This document shows, in pieces, positions 12,976 through 21,528 of a DNA stretch of 44,382 nt. A program made the position numbers and the translations under genes. How positions within the stretch are numbered: position 1 is the stretch's first letter; each line of letters begins with the position of its first letter. Origin of the DNA: a virus; the IMG/VR virus record IMGVR_UViG_3300031993_000157; one strand, written 5' to 3'. The notes under the pieces are model-generated. The model had not been told where the DNA came from, ran no database searches, and was given only the letters and a program-made list of their open reading frames with translations.

Positions 12976-13378
12976 CGTAATTGCAGAATCGGGCATTATC
13001 GGGATTGATGGAAAATTTCGGTTGCCGATGGACCGGTTAAACGCCTATTTCGCCGAGAACAAAGGAAAGCGCGTAATGGTCCGTTTTGAAACCGCCGAAC
13101 CCGGAACGTCCGCCGCCCTGTTGGGTTATTACTACAATTACGTTGTCCCGACAATCCGGACCGCGTTATACGAAACCGGCGAAAGGTTGACCGAGGACCA
13201 AACGGACGCATTCTTGTTGTCGAATTACCCGGGCGATACAGACCGCGCCGACAACAACGGCGGGGCCTTATATGGTCGCCAATTGAACCAACGCCAAATG
13301 TTGGATTTCTTGGATTGGTTGAAGCAATACGCCGCCGAAAACCTGTATGTTTACATTGAGGACCCTAAATCAATTTGA
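12965..13378 (+). CDS. Hypothetical protein (137 aa)
   Basis: Internal ATG (MKNNVIAESG) of ORF 12908..13378; 11-nt overlap with the previous gene. Confidence 0.65.
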   Translation: MKNNVIAESGIIGIDGKFRLPMDRLNAYFAENKGKRVMVRFETAEPGTSAALLGYYYNYVVPTIRTALYETGERLTEDQTDAFLLSNYPGDTDRADNNGGALYGRQLNQRQMLDFLDWLKQYAAENLYVYIEDPKSI

Positions 13379-13379
13379 T

Positions 13380-13547
13380 ATGCGGAAGATTAACGAAGAA
13401 GATTTCATTTCGTACACGATTTCACGCGGTTGGAATTGTACGGTTTACGACCTAAAAACCGCATTACGCGAGTTTAGCAACATTCCGTCCGGAACCCTGT
13501 ATGGCAACAAAGCGGATGGCACGAAAGCGATTATTGACCAAAAGTAA
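13380..13547 (+). CDS. Hypothetical protein (55 aa)
   Basis: Internal ATG (MRKINEEDF) of ORF 13347..13547, 1 nt after the previous stop. Confidence 0.5.
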   Translation: MRKINEEDFISYTISRGWNCTVYDLKTALREFSNIPSGTLYGNKADGTKAIIDQK

Positions 13548-13559
13548 CACGACAAAACA

Positions 13560-14429
13560 ATGAATATTAACGACGTCTTATTTTTCGACACAGAAACAAC
13601 GGGCATTCCGGACCGGAACGCAAGTTGGGAAACGGATTTTGCGGGTTATCCGCATATTGTACAATTGGCGTGGATGCACGGATGCAAGGTTGAATCGCAT
13701 ATTGTCCGCCCGGACGGTTGGGAAATTCCCGCCGATACCGTTGAGGTCCACGGCATAACCACGGAATACGCATTGGAACACGGCGAGCCGTTCGCGGCCA
13801 TTGTTGATATGTTTATTGCGGATTGCTTGAACGCGGGGTTGATTTGTGGCCACAATATCCATTTCGACACGTCCATTGTCAAAGCAAACATTTTGCGCGA
13901 ACTCGGGCGCGAGTATTACGACGCCAACGACGTTGAATCCGCGTTGTATAAGGGCAAGCGAATTGACACGATGCGGCCGACGATGAAATGGGTTGACGCC
14001 CGGATGGCCAACGGCCGGTTGAAATTCCCCAACCTTGGCGAACTGTATTCGCGTTGTTTCCCCGGCGAAACGTTCCCGGCGCACGATGCGTTGGAAGATA
14101 CGAAAGCGGTTGCGCGTTGTTTGCCGGTCCTGTTGGAACACGGATTGGTCGAACTGAAAGTAAAGGAATACCCGGAAGAACAACCGAACAACCCGGTTCC
14201 CGCCTTTGCCAAAATCGCCGACGCGGCAAGCGACGCCGCCAAGATTGCGGCGGATGCGGCAAAGGAATTTGGGGGCGGCCCGAAATGCGGCGGATGCGGT
14301 ATGAATCCGCCGATGAAAGAAGAAAACAACGAACCGCCCGTCAACGGTGTTATTACGGCACCGGAAATCAAAAATTCGACGGAATCAATCGGCCGGGCCG
14401 CCGCATTGTTGGAACAAAACGAATTTTAA
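13560..14429 (+). CDS. DEDDh 3'-5' exonuclease, DnaQ/epsilon-like, with about 90-aa C-terminal extension (289 aa)
   Basis: FFDTETTG (Exo I), GHNIHFD (Exo II), HDALEDT (Exo III, His type). Confidence 0.9.
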   Translation: MNINDVLFFDTETTGIPDRNASWETDFAGYPHIVQLAWMHGCKVESHIVRPDGWEIPADTVEVHGITTEYALEHGEPFAAIVDMFIADCLNAGLICGHNIHFDTSIVKANILRELGREYYDANDVESALYKGKRIDTMRPTMKWVDARMANGRLKFPNLGELYSRCFPGETFPAHDALEDTKAVARCLPVLLEHGLVELKVKEYPEEQPNNPVPAFAKIADAASDAAKIAADAAKEFGGGPKCGGCGMNPPMKEENNEPPVNGVITAPEIKNSTESIGRAAALLEQNEF

Positions 14430-14430
14430 T

Positions 14431-14628
14431 ATGGCAAAACAGAAAACAATTACATTGCACACCGACCCGGATTTTGTTGTGTTGTACACGAAGAAATGGG
14501 CGGTAGAAATCAAAAAGTCCCATTCAAAGGCGGAAGCCGCGATTGCGAAAGACATTTTGACATTGGTTGAACTTGGGCGTACCTGTTTGGTCCCCCAAAA
14601 GGCGGACCCGGCCGAACCGGGAAAATAA
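14431..14628 (+). CDS. Hypothetical protein (65 aa)
   Basis: Internal ATG of ORF 14347..14628, 1 nt after the stop at 14429. Confidence 0.55.
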   Translation: MAKQKTITLHTDPDFVVLYTKKWAVEIKKSHSKAEAAIAKDILTLVELGRTCLVPQKADPAEPGK

Positions 14629-14639
14629 AGTAAAGCGAT

Positions 14640-15116
14640 ATGGAAAAGACCTTTGAATTAAAGACGTTCAAACTTGAAATGTTTGGCGTGGATTGCAAGT
14701 ACAGACTTTGCGAAACCTACGACGACGGAACGACGACCGAAAACGAATACCACGTCAAGGTATCGCGGCCGATTCACCCCGATTTGGAAGCGTTGTTTAC
14801 GCGGGAATTGACCGACATTGTTTGCGACGTTTTCGACAACACGGAATTTTCGGCGCAACGCGAACTTGGGCGTTCGCCCATTACGCCAACCGGCGTAACG
14901 TTTGCCGGGAAAAAAGACAATATCGGCATTTCCATTCTCGGGAATATCGAAACGAAATTTGGTCGCGTAACGTTCAAGACGCCGCGTATCAAGTACAAGA
15001 CGAGCGAAAGCAACGCGGCCGTAAAAATGACCGTGTGGGCCGACAAAATCGTTAACGAAGCGTACGCCTATTTGTTTGAGAACAAGACGGCGGAAATGGA
15101 GGTATTCGGCGAATAA
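14640..15116 (+). CDS. Hypothetical protein (158 aa)
   Basis: ORF track; start context taaagcgatATG is related to the 950/2455 block. Confidence 0.75.
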   Translation: MEKTFELKTFKLEMFGVDCKYRLCETYDDGTTTENEYHVKVSRPIHPDLEALFTRELTDIVCDVFDNTEFSAQRELGRSPITPTGVTFAGKKDNIGISILGNIETKFGRVTFKTPRIKYKTSESNAAVKMTVWADKIVNEAYAYLFENKTAEMEVFGE

Positions 15117-15538
15117 TGGAACCGTTTTTGATTGATACCCGCGAACAATACGACCTTTGCAGGGCGCACGGAATCGAACCATTGATTGACCCGCGTTTTG
15201 TAATGGAAATCCGTTTGCGGGTTTCAATCCAACGGGAGTTGTTCGGAACAGGCCATACCCCGGCGGAAAACGAACGGTTTTACCGGTGGTGTTGGGACCA
15301 TTACCCGCACCAATGCGCGGAAACGATGCGCCCGTTGCACCAATATTCTGCCGTGTATATTTCGCATATATTAACCCGTGGTGCGCACCCGGAAATGGCA
15401 CACGACCCAAGGAATGTTAATATATTGTGTTTTGAAATGCACAATCGTTGGGAAAATGGCGACCGCCGGAATATGCGCATATACCGGTCGAATCTGTTGA
15501 TTATTGAAAAATTAAACGAAGAATACAAACATTTGTAG
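15116..15538 (+). CDS. Putative HNH/beta-beta-alpha-Me-type nuclease (140 aa)
   Basis: ISHILTRGAHPEMAHDPRNVNILCFEMHNRWE resembles the H-N-H spacing of small phage nucleases; weak call. Confidence 0.4.
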   Translation: MEPFLIDTREQYDLCRAHGIEPLIDPRFVMEIRLRVSIQRELFGTGHTPAENERFYRWCWDHYPHQCAETMRPLHQYSAVYISHILTRGAHPEMAHDPRNVNILCFEMHNRWENGDRRNMRIYRSNLLIIEKLNEEYKHL

Positions 15539-15539
15539 C

Positions 15540-15791
15540 GTGGAACCGATTAAATTTGATGGCGTAAACATTGTGTTTGGCGCGAACCAATCCGAATACC
15601 GACCGTTACCGGCGGAATTGCGCGGAAAACTGAAAACCGGCGAGGTGTTGACGTGTTGGCAATTGACGCCGGATGAACTGAAAACGATTGCGGAAACCGG
15701 TCAAATTTGGTTGTCAATGTTGACATTCGGCCAACCCTTACAACCGGTTTTGTTGTCTGCAAACAAACCGTCCGTTTACGACCCGGAATGA
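15540..15791 (+). CDS. Hypothetical protein (83 aa), GTG start
   Basis: ORF track; begins 1 nt after the previous stop. Confidence 0.6.
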   Translation: MEPIKFDGVNIVFGANQSEYRPLPAELRGKLKTGEVLTCWQLTPDELKTIAETGQIWLSMLTFGQPLQPVLLSANKPSVYDPE

Positions 15792-15979
15792 AAGAATACA
15801 ACGATGTTGTCCGGTCTATTCGACGGGACAAGGCGAAAGCAAATTTTGAAAGAAACGGCCGCGCCCCGAAACCGGCCCGGCCGAAAAAGGAAAAACGACA
15901 AGAATATGGAAATTGTGTTGGTCCGGAACGGGATAACCGGGATATGCAAACAACCCGCGATAATGAAAAAGGACGGTAA
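15788..15979 (+). CDS. Possible basic protein (63 aa), overlaps the next gene by 74 nt
   Basis: Internal ATG (ATGA overlap with 15791) of ORF 15707..15979; Lys/Arg-rich; uncertain. Confidence 0.35.
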   Translation: MKEYNDVVRSIRRDKAKANFERNGRAPKPARPKKEKRQEYGNCVGPERDNRDMQTTRDNEKGR

Positions 15980-16097
15980 TACGTTGTCCCCGATTCTGTA
16001 TTTCCAAAAGTCCAAGGGCGCGACACAAAAGGAATACGATTCAGTCGTTAATTTCATAAAGCAACAATTGGAATCAAACTTGAAAAAAGATGAATAA
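15906..16097 (+). CDS. Hypothetical protein (63 aa)
   Basis: Internal ATG (MEIVLVRNG) of ORF 15804..16097; overlaps the ssb start by 8 nt. Confidence 0.5.
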   Translation: MEIVLVRNGITGICKQPAIMKKDGNTLSPILYFQKSKGATQKEYDSVVNFIKQQLESNLKKDE

Positions 16098-16500
16098 AGT
16101 AATTTTGACCGGTAATGTGGGAAAGGACCCCGAAATTACCAATTTCGAAAACGGCGGCAAGGTCGCACAATTCACGTTGGCCACGACCGAACGCGGATAT
16201 AAGACCAAGGACGGAAAAGAAATACCCGATTCCACGGATTGGCACAATATCGTTGTCAGGAAATCCGGATTGGCGGGCGTGTGCGAAGATTTCGTCAAAA
16301 AGGGAACCCGCCTTAATATCGTCGGCAAAATCAAGACCCGTTCATACCAAGACAACGCCGGACAAACTCGGTACGTTACCGAAATCCACGTTGACGAAAT
16401 GGAATTAGCGGGCGGCCCTAAACACGAATCCGCACCGGCCCCGGCACCTGAATATCAACCCGGCGCATATACCGGCCCCGACATTCCCGAAAACATTTGA
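16090..16500 (+). CDS. ssb: Single-stranded DNA-binding protein (136 aa)
   Basis: OB-fold SSB pattern MNKVILTGNVGKDPE..TDWHNIVV..GTRLNIVGKIKTRSYQD..YVTEIHVDEM, with a Pro/Ala-rich tail ending in DIPENI. Confidence 0.92.
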   Translation: MNKVILTGNVGKDPEITNFENGGKVAQFTLATTERGYKTKDGKEIPDSTDWHNIVVRKSGLAGVCEDFVKKGTRLNIVGKIKTRSYQDNAGQTRYVTEIHVDEMELAGGPKHESAPAPAPEYQPGAYTGPDIPENI

Positions 16501-16504
16501 CGGT

Positions 16505-17008
16505 ATGCAGATTGACAGAAAACAATACGACCCGGCACAACACGACGTTTTCAAGGCGTTAACGGTAAAACAACCGTATGCGGATTTGTTAACGCGTGTT
16601 GTCCGTCGGGACGAACGCGGGGAATACCACGCGGAAAAATCAATTGAGGTACGAACCCGAGATACAAAATACCGGGGCGACCTGTTAATTTGTTCGTCGG
16701 CAAAACCGGTTATCCCGTTGAACCCGGCCGGTGTTACTTGCGGTTTTGTCGAACTGTACGGCACCAAGCCCGTTGAAGAATTTACGCCGGAAGATTGGAC
16801 CGCAACGTGCATCCCGGAAAACGAACGCCCGCGCAAGGGTTACGGATGGTTGATGCGCAACCCGCGCCGGGTCGTGGAAATGCCGATAAAGGGCCAATTG
16901 GGTGTGTACAATCTTATTGTCCCGAAAGACGACATTACCGAATATCCCCGCGCAATTGCGTTGGGAGAAGATGGATTTAAAATTATAAAATCAAAAATCA
17001 AACAATGA
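16505..17008 (+). CDS. ASCH/PUA-like domain protein (167 aa)
   Basis: ALTVKQPYADLL...KSIEVRT...GDLLICSS pattern of the ASCH fold. Confidence 0.5.
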   Translation: MQIDRKQYDPAQHDVFKALTVKQPYADLLTRVVRRDERGEYHAEKSIEVRTRDTKYRGDLLICSSAKPVIPLNPAGVTCGFVELYGTKPVEEFTPEDWTATCIPENERPRKGYGWLMRNPRRVVEMPIKGQLGVYNLIVPKDDITEYPRAIALGEDGFKIIKSKIKQ

Positions 17009-17319
17009 GCGCGAAAGAATATTGGAAAACCAAGTTGCGGCCGTTTGATGCGCAATTGTGCCGGATGGTCGAAAGTATGACCGGCCGAGAATGCGAACCA
17101 AAGAACGGCGGGGACCATTACTTTATCGAAGCGGATTATAGCGAACACAACGACCCGCAATATATTTTGGCGTTATGGGATGCAATCGTTGGCCGTGCCG
17201 GTAAACGTTTGATTGAAATTGAGGACCAACCGGACCGCCAAATGCTTTACGTCCGCATCAAGTTTGAAACCGGCGAATGCAAGGACGCCGCGTTTATCCC
17301 AAAATACGAAAAAGAATAA
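17005..17319 (+). CDS. Hypothetical protein (104 aa)
   Basis: ORF track; ATGA overlap. Confidence 0.7.
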   Translation: MSAKEYWKTKLRPFDAQLCRMVESMTGRECEPKNGGDHYFIEADYSEHNDPQYILALWDAIVGRAGKRLIEIEDQPDRQMLYVRIKFETGECKDAAFIPKYEKE

Positions 17320-17477
17320 TGGAACAATTAACGGATTCGAAATGCCGGGATTGTCAACATTGCGTTTTGTCGGGTTGGTGGGACCCGCAACGGGTGTGCG
17401 AAATATCGCAGTTCCCCGTTAACGCAGACGACGGCGCGTGTATTTCATTGTTGCCCAAGAAAAAGCCCGGAAAATGA
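17319..17477 (+). CDS. Small Cys-rich protein (52 aa)
   Basis: Internal ATG (TAATG overlap) of ORF 17277..17477; CRDCQHC...C...C pattern. Confidence 0.5.
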   Translation: MEQLTDSKCRDCQHCVLSGWWDPQRVCEISQFPVNADDGACISLLPKKKPGK

Positions 17478-17884
17478 AATACGAATTTGGAAAAGACGGG
17501 CGGCCGACGCGCAATTTTAAGAACGGCCGATTTATGAAAGGACACGTCCCGCATAATGCCGGGAAAAAATGGGATGAATGGTTGACGGAAGAACAACAGG
17601 CCCGCATCCTTGAAATCGGTAAAAAGAATTTGCGTGTAAATCCCGCCGTAAGAGGTTGGAACAAACGTGCGGTTGTAGCCATAAACGAAAAGGGCGAACA
17701 CGCGTATTGCGAAAGCGCGGCGGAAGCCGCAAGGAAATTGAATCTTTGCCGTCGTAACATTGCGTCCTGTTGTAAGGGCAAACGCCCGAAATGTGGCGGG
17801 TTATATTGGTTTTATTTCGATTCGCCCGAGTGGCCCGCGTTTGCAAAGAAAAAGAGAGAAGCCGCGCAAGCGGAAAAAGTTTAA
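17474..17884 (+). CDS. NUMOD/IENR-like DNA-binding protein related to homing-endonuclease accessory modules (136 aa)
   Basis: GHVPHNAGKKW and ESAAEAARKLNLCRRNIASCCKGKRPKCGGLYWFY resemble endonuclease DNA-binding modules. No HNH or GIY-YIG catalytic motif. Confidence 0.45.
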   Translation: MKYEFGKDGRPTRNFKNGRFMKGHVPHNAGKKWDEWLTEEQQARILEIGKKNLRVNPAVRGWNKRAVVAINEKGEHAYCESAAEAARKLNLCRRNIASCCKGKRPKCGGLYWFYFDSPEWPAFAKKKREAAQAEKV

Positions 17885-17902
17885 CAAATAAATTAAATCG
17901 TT

Positions 17903-18235
17903 ATGGAAATTATCAAAGGAATTTTTAGCGAAAACTTTTGGTACATTGCCCCGCTTTTGATGGCGGCAACCGTATCGTTGGCCGGTATCATCAACGGCGC
18001 GTTCAAAATCATTAACGGAATGTGGCCCCAAATTGTCGCGTGGGTCGTCGGCGCGGTCCTGTCTGTTGTCGCGTGGGCCTTGCAGTTAATCGAATTTGGG
18101 CAACCCGAATGGTTGGGCGTGGTAATGTTGGCAATCGTCGTGGGCCTATCTTCCAACGGCGTGTACGATATTCCGACAATCAAAGAATTTGTTGACAAAT
18201 GGTTTAATCGCGGAATACGCAAACAGGCAAAATAA
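17903..18235 (+). CDS. Membrane protein with three predicted TM helices (110 aa)
   Basis: ORF track; hydrophobic stretches WYIAPLLMAATVSLAGII, IVAWVVGAVLSVVAWAL and GVVMLAIVVGL. Confidence 0.7.
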   Translation: MEIIKGIFSENFWYIAPLLMAATVSLAGIINGAFKIINGMWPQIVAWVVGAVLSVVAWALQLIEFGQPEWLGVVMLAIVVGLSSNGVYDIPTIKEFVDKWFNRGIRKQAK

Positions 18236-18288
18236 TGTTTCGCCCGGGTGGTGTTGACGGCCGTCCGGGCTATTTGTAGAAATTTCAC

Positions 18289-18296
18289 TATCTTTG
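18289..18296 (+). promoter_or_regulatory. -7 box TATCTTTG upstream of the packaging/late operon (no canonical -33 at N19)
   Basis: cacTATCTTTGc is also present at 41284. Preceded by hairpin GCCCGG...CCGGGC at 18242-18270. Confidence 0.4.
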
Positions 18297-18314
18297 CAAA
18301 AAATACATTGAGTT

Positions 18315-18872
18315 ATGGCAAAAGATAAAGGGACAATCGCGGCCGAACCCAAGAAAAAAGGCCGGAAACCCCAATGGACCGATGCAAAGGTTGAAATAAT
18401 GTGTGCGGCCATTGCAAAGGGGCAATCGTATAAAGATGCGTACACGGCCGCGCGTGTTGGTCACGATTCTTTTTACCGGCATTTGCGCGACGATTCGGAT
18501 TTTTCGGAAAAGGTTAAAAAGGCCGAACAGGAATACCAAGATTGGTACGATTCCCAATTGGTCGTTGACTGCAAGCGTTCGTTGGCGGAATTGGTACGCG
18601 GGTTTGAATACGACGAAACAACGACGGAAAAAGTGCCGGGCCGGGACGGCAAGGGAACAATAACGAAAACCAAGGTTGTACACAAACGCGTTTTGCCGAA
18701 TCCAACGGCCATTATCTTTGCGTTGTGCAACCGTGACCCGGAACATTGGCAAAATCGCGTTAATAACGAATTGTCGGGCAAGGTTGAAACCGAAAGCAAA
18801 ACAACTGTTTCGTTAAAGAACGTCCCGGACGATTTGTTGGCGCAAGTTCTTGAAGCCATTAAAACCAAATAA
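18315..18872 (+). CDS. terS: Terminase small subunit (185 aa)
   Basis: Basic N-terminus KKKGRKPQWT with an HTH-like segment. Lies upstream of the large terminase, separated by two small ORFs. Confidence 0.65.
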   Translation: MAKDKGTIAAEPKKKGRKPQWTDAKVEIMCAAIAKGQSYKDAYTAARVGHDSFYRHLRDDSDFSEKVKKAEQEYQDWYDSQLVVDCKRSLAELVRGFEYDETTTEKVPGRDGKGTITKTKVVHKRVLPNPTAIIFALCNRDPEHWQNRVNNELSGKVETESKTTVSLKNVPDDLLAQVLEAIKTK

Positions 18873-18873
18873 A

Positions 18874-18978
18874 ATGTTGGATGGTCTTGCAATGTTGGCG
18901 TGGATTGCCCTTTGTTTCGCGTTGATTGACGCGTTGGCGTGGGCAATCCGCCAATTGTTTGACGGGAAAGAAAAATAA
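18874..18978 (+). CDS. Possible small membrane peptide (34 aa)
   Basis: Hand translation MLDGLAMLAWIALCFALIDALAWAIRQLFDGKEK. Confidence 0.3.
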   Translation: MLDGLAMLAWIALCFALIDALAWAIRQLFDGKEK

Positions 18979-18980
18979 CG

Positions 18981-19148
18981 ATGGCGGGATTTGGAAAAAC
19001 GGACGGGCCGCAAGACCCAAACGAAGATGTTATTATTATACATCTTGGCCATTTGACGGACGCGCAATTTGAAGCGGTGCAAAAATCCGTTATTGCATTT
19101 ATGAACGCAAGATGGCCGAATTTGTCAAAAATCGGGATTGACAGTTAG
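18981..19148 (+). CDS. Possible small protein (55 aa)
   Basis: Hand translation MAGFGKTDGPQDPNEDVIIIHLGHLTDAQFEAVQKSVIAFMNARWPNLSKIGIDS; fills the gap before terL. Confidence 0.4.
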   Translation: MAGFGKTDGPQDPNEDVIIIHLGHLTDAQFEAVQKSVIAFMNARWPNLSKIGIDS

Positions 19149-19150
19149 AA

Positions 19151-20695
19151 ATGGATTTGGACACGATGCAAATAACCCGGATGTTGACCGAACACCCGGA
19201 ATTGTTTTTGCAAGAGGGCGCACGGCGTAACCTTTTGTGGTTCGCCCAATATATGCAACGGTCGTTCCAACCGACGCCGTTTCATAAAGCGTATTACCGC
19301 GTGTTGGATTTGTTTGCCAAACGCAAGATTCAAAAACTAATCATACAGGCCCCGCCGCAACACGGCAAATCCCAAGGGTCAAGCCGGTTTTTGCCGGCGG
19401 ATATGTTGGGGATGTACCCCGATTTGAAAATTTGCATCTGTTCGTATGCGGCCACGATTGCCAAGGATTTCAACCGCGACGTACAACGGTTGATTGATTC
19501 GGACGAATACCGGGCTATTTTCCCGGATACGACGTTGAACGGGTCCAACGTGGTCACTGTTGCCAACAATTACTTGCGCAATTCGGACGTGTTCGAAATC
19601 GTGGGCCACACCGGTTCATTGCGCGTCGTGGGTCGTGGCGGTTCGTTGACGTCCAAGACCGTGGACGTGATGATTTACGATGATTTGTACAAAGATTCGG
19701 CGGAAGCGAATAGCCCGATTATTAGGACGGCCGCGTGGGAGTGGTTCACGAAAGTTGCGCAAACCCGTTTGCATAACGATTCCCAACAATTGGTCGTGTT
19801 CACGCGGTGGAACCCGGATGATATTATTGGCAAAATCATTGATTCGGAAAAGGTCGTTTTTGCTGAACGTTGGTACGACTTTGAAAACATACCGGCCGGC
19901 GCGTGGGTATTGGTCAATTTCGAAGCCATCAAAACCGGCCCGCCGACCGAGATTGACGACCGGGAACCCGGGCAACCTTTGTGGCCGCAACGCCATTCAT
20001 TGGAACGCCTGTTGCAACAAAAGCAATTGGACCCGTTGGGTTTTCAATGCCTATACCAAGGCAATCCGGGGGACGCGACGGCGTATTTGTACCAACCGTT
20101 TAAAACGTGGGTTGAAAAATCCGATTGGGGCCAATATGTGCGGTCCGGGTGTTATGTTGACGTGGCGGACGAGGGCGACGACTTTTTGTTTGCGGCAACG
20201 TACGACATCTATAAATCCGACAATCAAATTTGGAGCGAACACAACAAGCGGTTCGAACCGTTGTTGTTCGCGCTCATTACCGACATCGAATATACCGACG
20301 AATCAACCGAGGTTACAACGGTTACAGTTCCCCGGATGATAAACACGAACCGCACACAAAAGGCGTGGATAGAATCGAACAACGGCGGCGCGCAATTCGA
20401 AAAGGTCGTGAAAAAAAAGATTGGGTGTTTGTCTGTTCCGTTTTACCAAGGCGCAAACAAGGAATCACGCATTATTACGGGCGCGCCGTTGGTAAATCAA
20501 CATATCATATTCCCGTTTGGGTGGGAAACGAAATTTCCGGCATTCCACAAGCATATTACCGGGTTTTTGCGCAATTTCGGTGCGAACGAACACGACGACG
20601 ACGCGGACGGATTGACCGGAATATACGAAAAGGAAATTGCCGACGGCAACACGAAGCCGTACAACCAAGCGAGCCGGGGCGTCCGGGTCCATTAG
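19151..20695 (+). CDS. terL: Terminase large subunit (514 aa)
   Basis: Walker A-like QAPPQHGKSQ, Walker B-like VDVMIYDDLY, and C-terminal acidic nuclease-like motifs DVADEGDDF and HDDDADG. Confidence 0.88.
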   Translation: MDLDTMQITRMLTEHPELFLQEGARRNLLWFAQYMQRSFQPTPFHKAYYRVLDLFAKRKIQKLIIQAPPQHGKSQGSSRFLPADMLGMYPDLKICICSYAATIAKDFNRDVQRLIDSDEYRAIFPDTTLNGSNVVTVANNYLRNSDVFEIVGHTGSLRVVGRGGSLTSKTVDVMIYDDLYKDSAEANSPIIRTAAWEWFTKVAQTRLHNDSQQLVVFTRWNPDDIIGKIIDSEKVVFAERWYDFENIPAGAWVLVNFEAIKTGPPTEIDDREPGQPLWPQRHSLERLLQQKQLDPLGFQCLYQGNPGDATAYLYQPFKTWVEKSDWGQYVRSGCYVDVADEGDDFLFAATYDIYKSDNQIWSEHNKRFEPLLFALITDIEYTDESTEVTTVTVPRMINTNRTQKAWIESNNGGAQFEKVVKKKIGCLSVPFYQGANKESRIITGAPLVNQHIIFPFGWETKFPAFHKHITGFLRNFGANEHDDDADGLTGIYEKEIADGNTKPYNQASRGVRVH

Positions 20696-20794
20696 GGCCA
20701 CAAACGCCCATTTTGGGGCGATAAAAACCCCGGACGATAAATTGTGCCAAATTGAATTTTGCGTTGATTATGCGCGATTTGTTGAAATTTTAAT

Positions 20795-20864
20795 TATTTT
20801 TGCAGTTGAAGCGGCAAAGGGTAAGCCGTTCGAAGCATAACAAACAACTAAAACATTTTGCATT
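20795..20864 (+). promoter_or_regulatory. -7 box TATTTTTG (20795-20802) plus 5'-UTR hairpin with AAAGGGTAA loop (20808-20831)
   Basis: The hairpin/loop motif and the cattATGTCACTTATT start block are shared with the major-capsid 5' region (25023-25087). Confidence 0.55.
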
Positions 20865-21527
20865 ATGTCACTTATTTGTCAATGCCCGGCCGCAACCGCA
20901 ATTACGACGATTCCCGCCGTAACTTGCCCGGAAAATTTCGGCCAAATCCAAAAAGTTGCGTTCCAACGTCTGCGTCAAGCCGACGGAACGCGTAACGCGA
21001 TGGTTGGAAGCGGAACCCCGCTTGCCCCGACTATTACGAAATTGGCAACGTGGACCGCACTGTTGGCCGCCGCCAATGGTACGAAAATCGTTGTTTCGCC
21101 GTATATCAATGCCCCGGCCGATTCCGGCGGCGACGCCCGTTTGACGTCCGGCGGTAACGATGATTTGGGTGGTATTCCGCAAGTCCTCGGCGGCAACCCG
21201 GTTCAATTTGCCGGTGTGTTCCGTGGCGTTCCTCAATCCACCATTAAAATCATCAAGGAATTGATGTGCGAAGCGGCGGCCGGTAACCTCGGCGTTTTCC
21301 TTTTCGACGAGAACGGGAAAATTGAAGCCATCCAAGACCCGACCACGCCGACCACCTATTACCCGATTCCAATTCGCGCCCTGTTCGTGGGTTCGAAGAT
21401 TCACGGCAATTTCGACGCAAAGGATTCCAACGAAATTCAATGGCAGTACCCCGACAACTATTCGGATAACCTTGCAATCGTCAAGCCCGACGATTTCAAC
21501 CCGTTGACCGATTTAAACCCCGCCTAA
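20865..21527 (+). CDS. Putative abundant structural protein (220 aa), possibly tail tube or decoration
   Basis: ORF track; has its own promoter-like box; its first four codons and upstream 5 nt are identical to those of the capsid gene; no motif recognised. Confidence 0.6.
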   Translation: MSLICQCPAATAITTIPAVTCPENFGQIQKVAFQRLRQADGTRNAMVGSGTPLAPTITKLATWTALLAAANGTKIVVSPYINAPADSGGDARLTSGGNDDLGGIPQVLGGNPVQFAGVFRGVPQSTIKIIKELMCEAAAGNLGVFLFDENGKIEAIQDPTTPTTYYPIPIRALFVGSKIHGNFDAKDSNEIQWQYPDNYSDNLAIVKPDDFNPLTDLNPA

Positions 21528-21528
21528 T

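Noticed and set aside
13578-15410. Minus-strand ORFs 13578..14183 and 14658..15410 (201 and 250 aa)
   Set aside because: They are antisense to the DEDDh exonuclease gene (clear Exo I-III motifs) and to the tightly coupled genes 14640 and 15116. Their sequences are Arg-rich and low in complexity.
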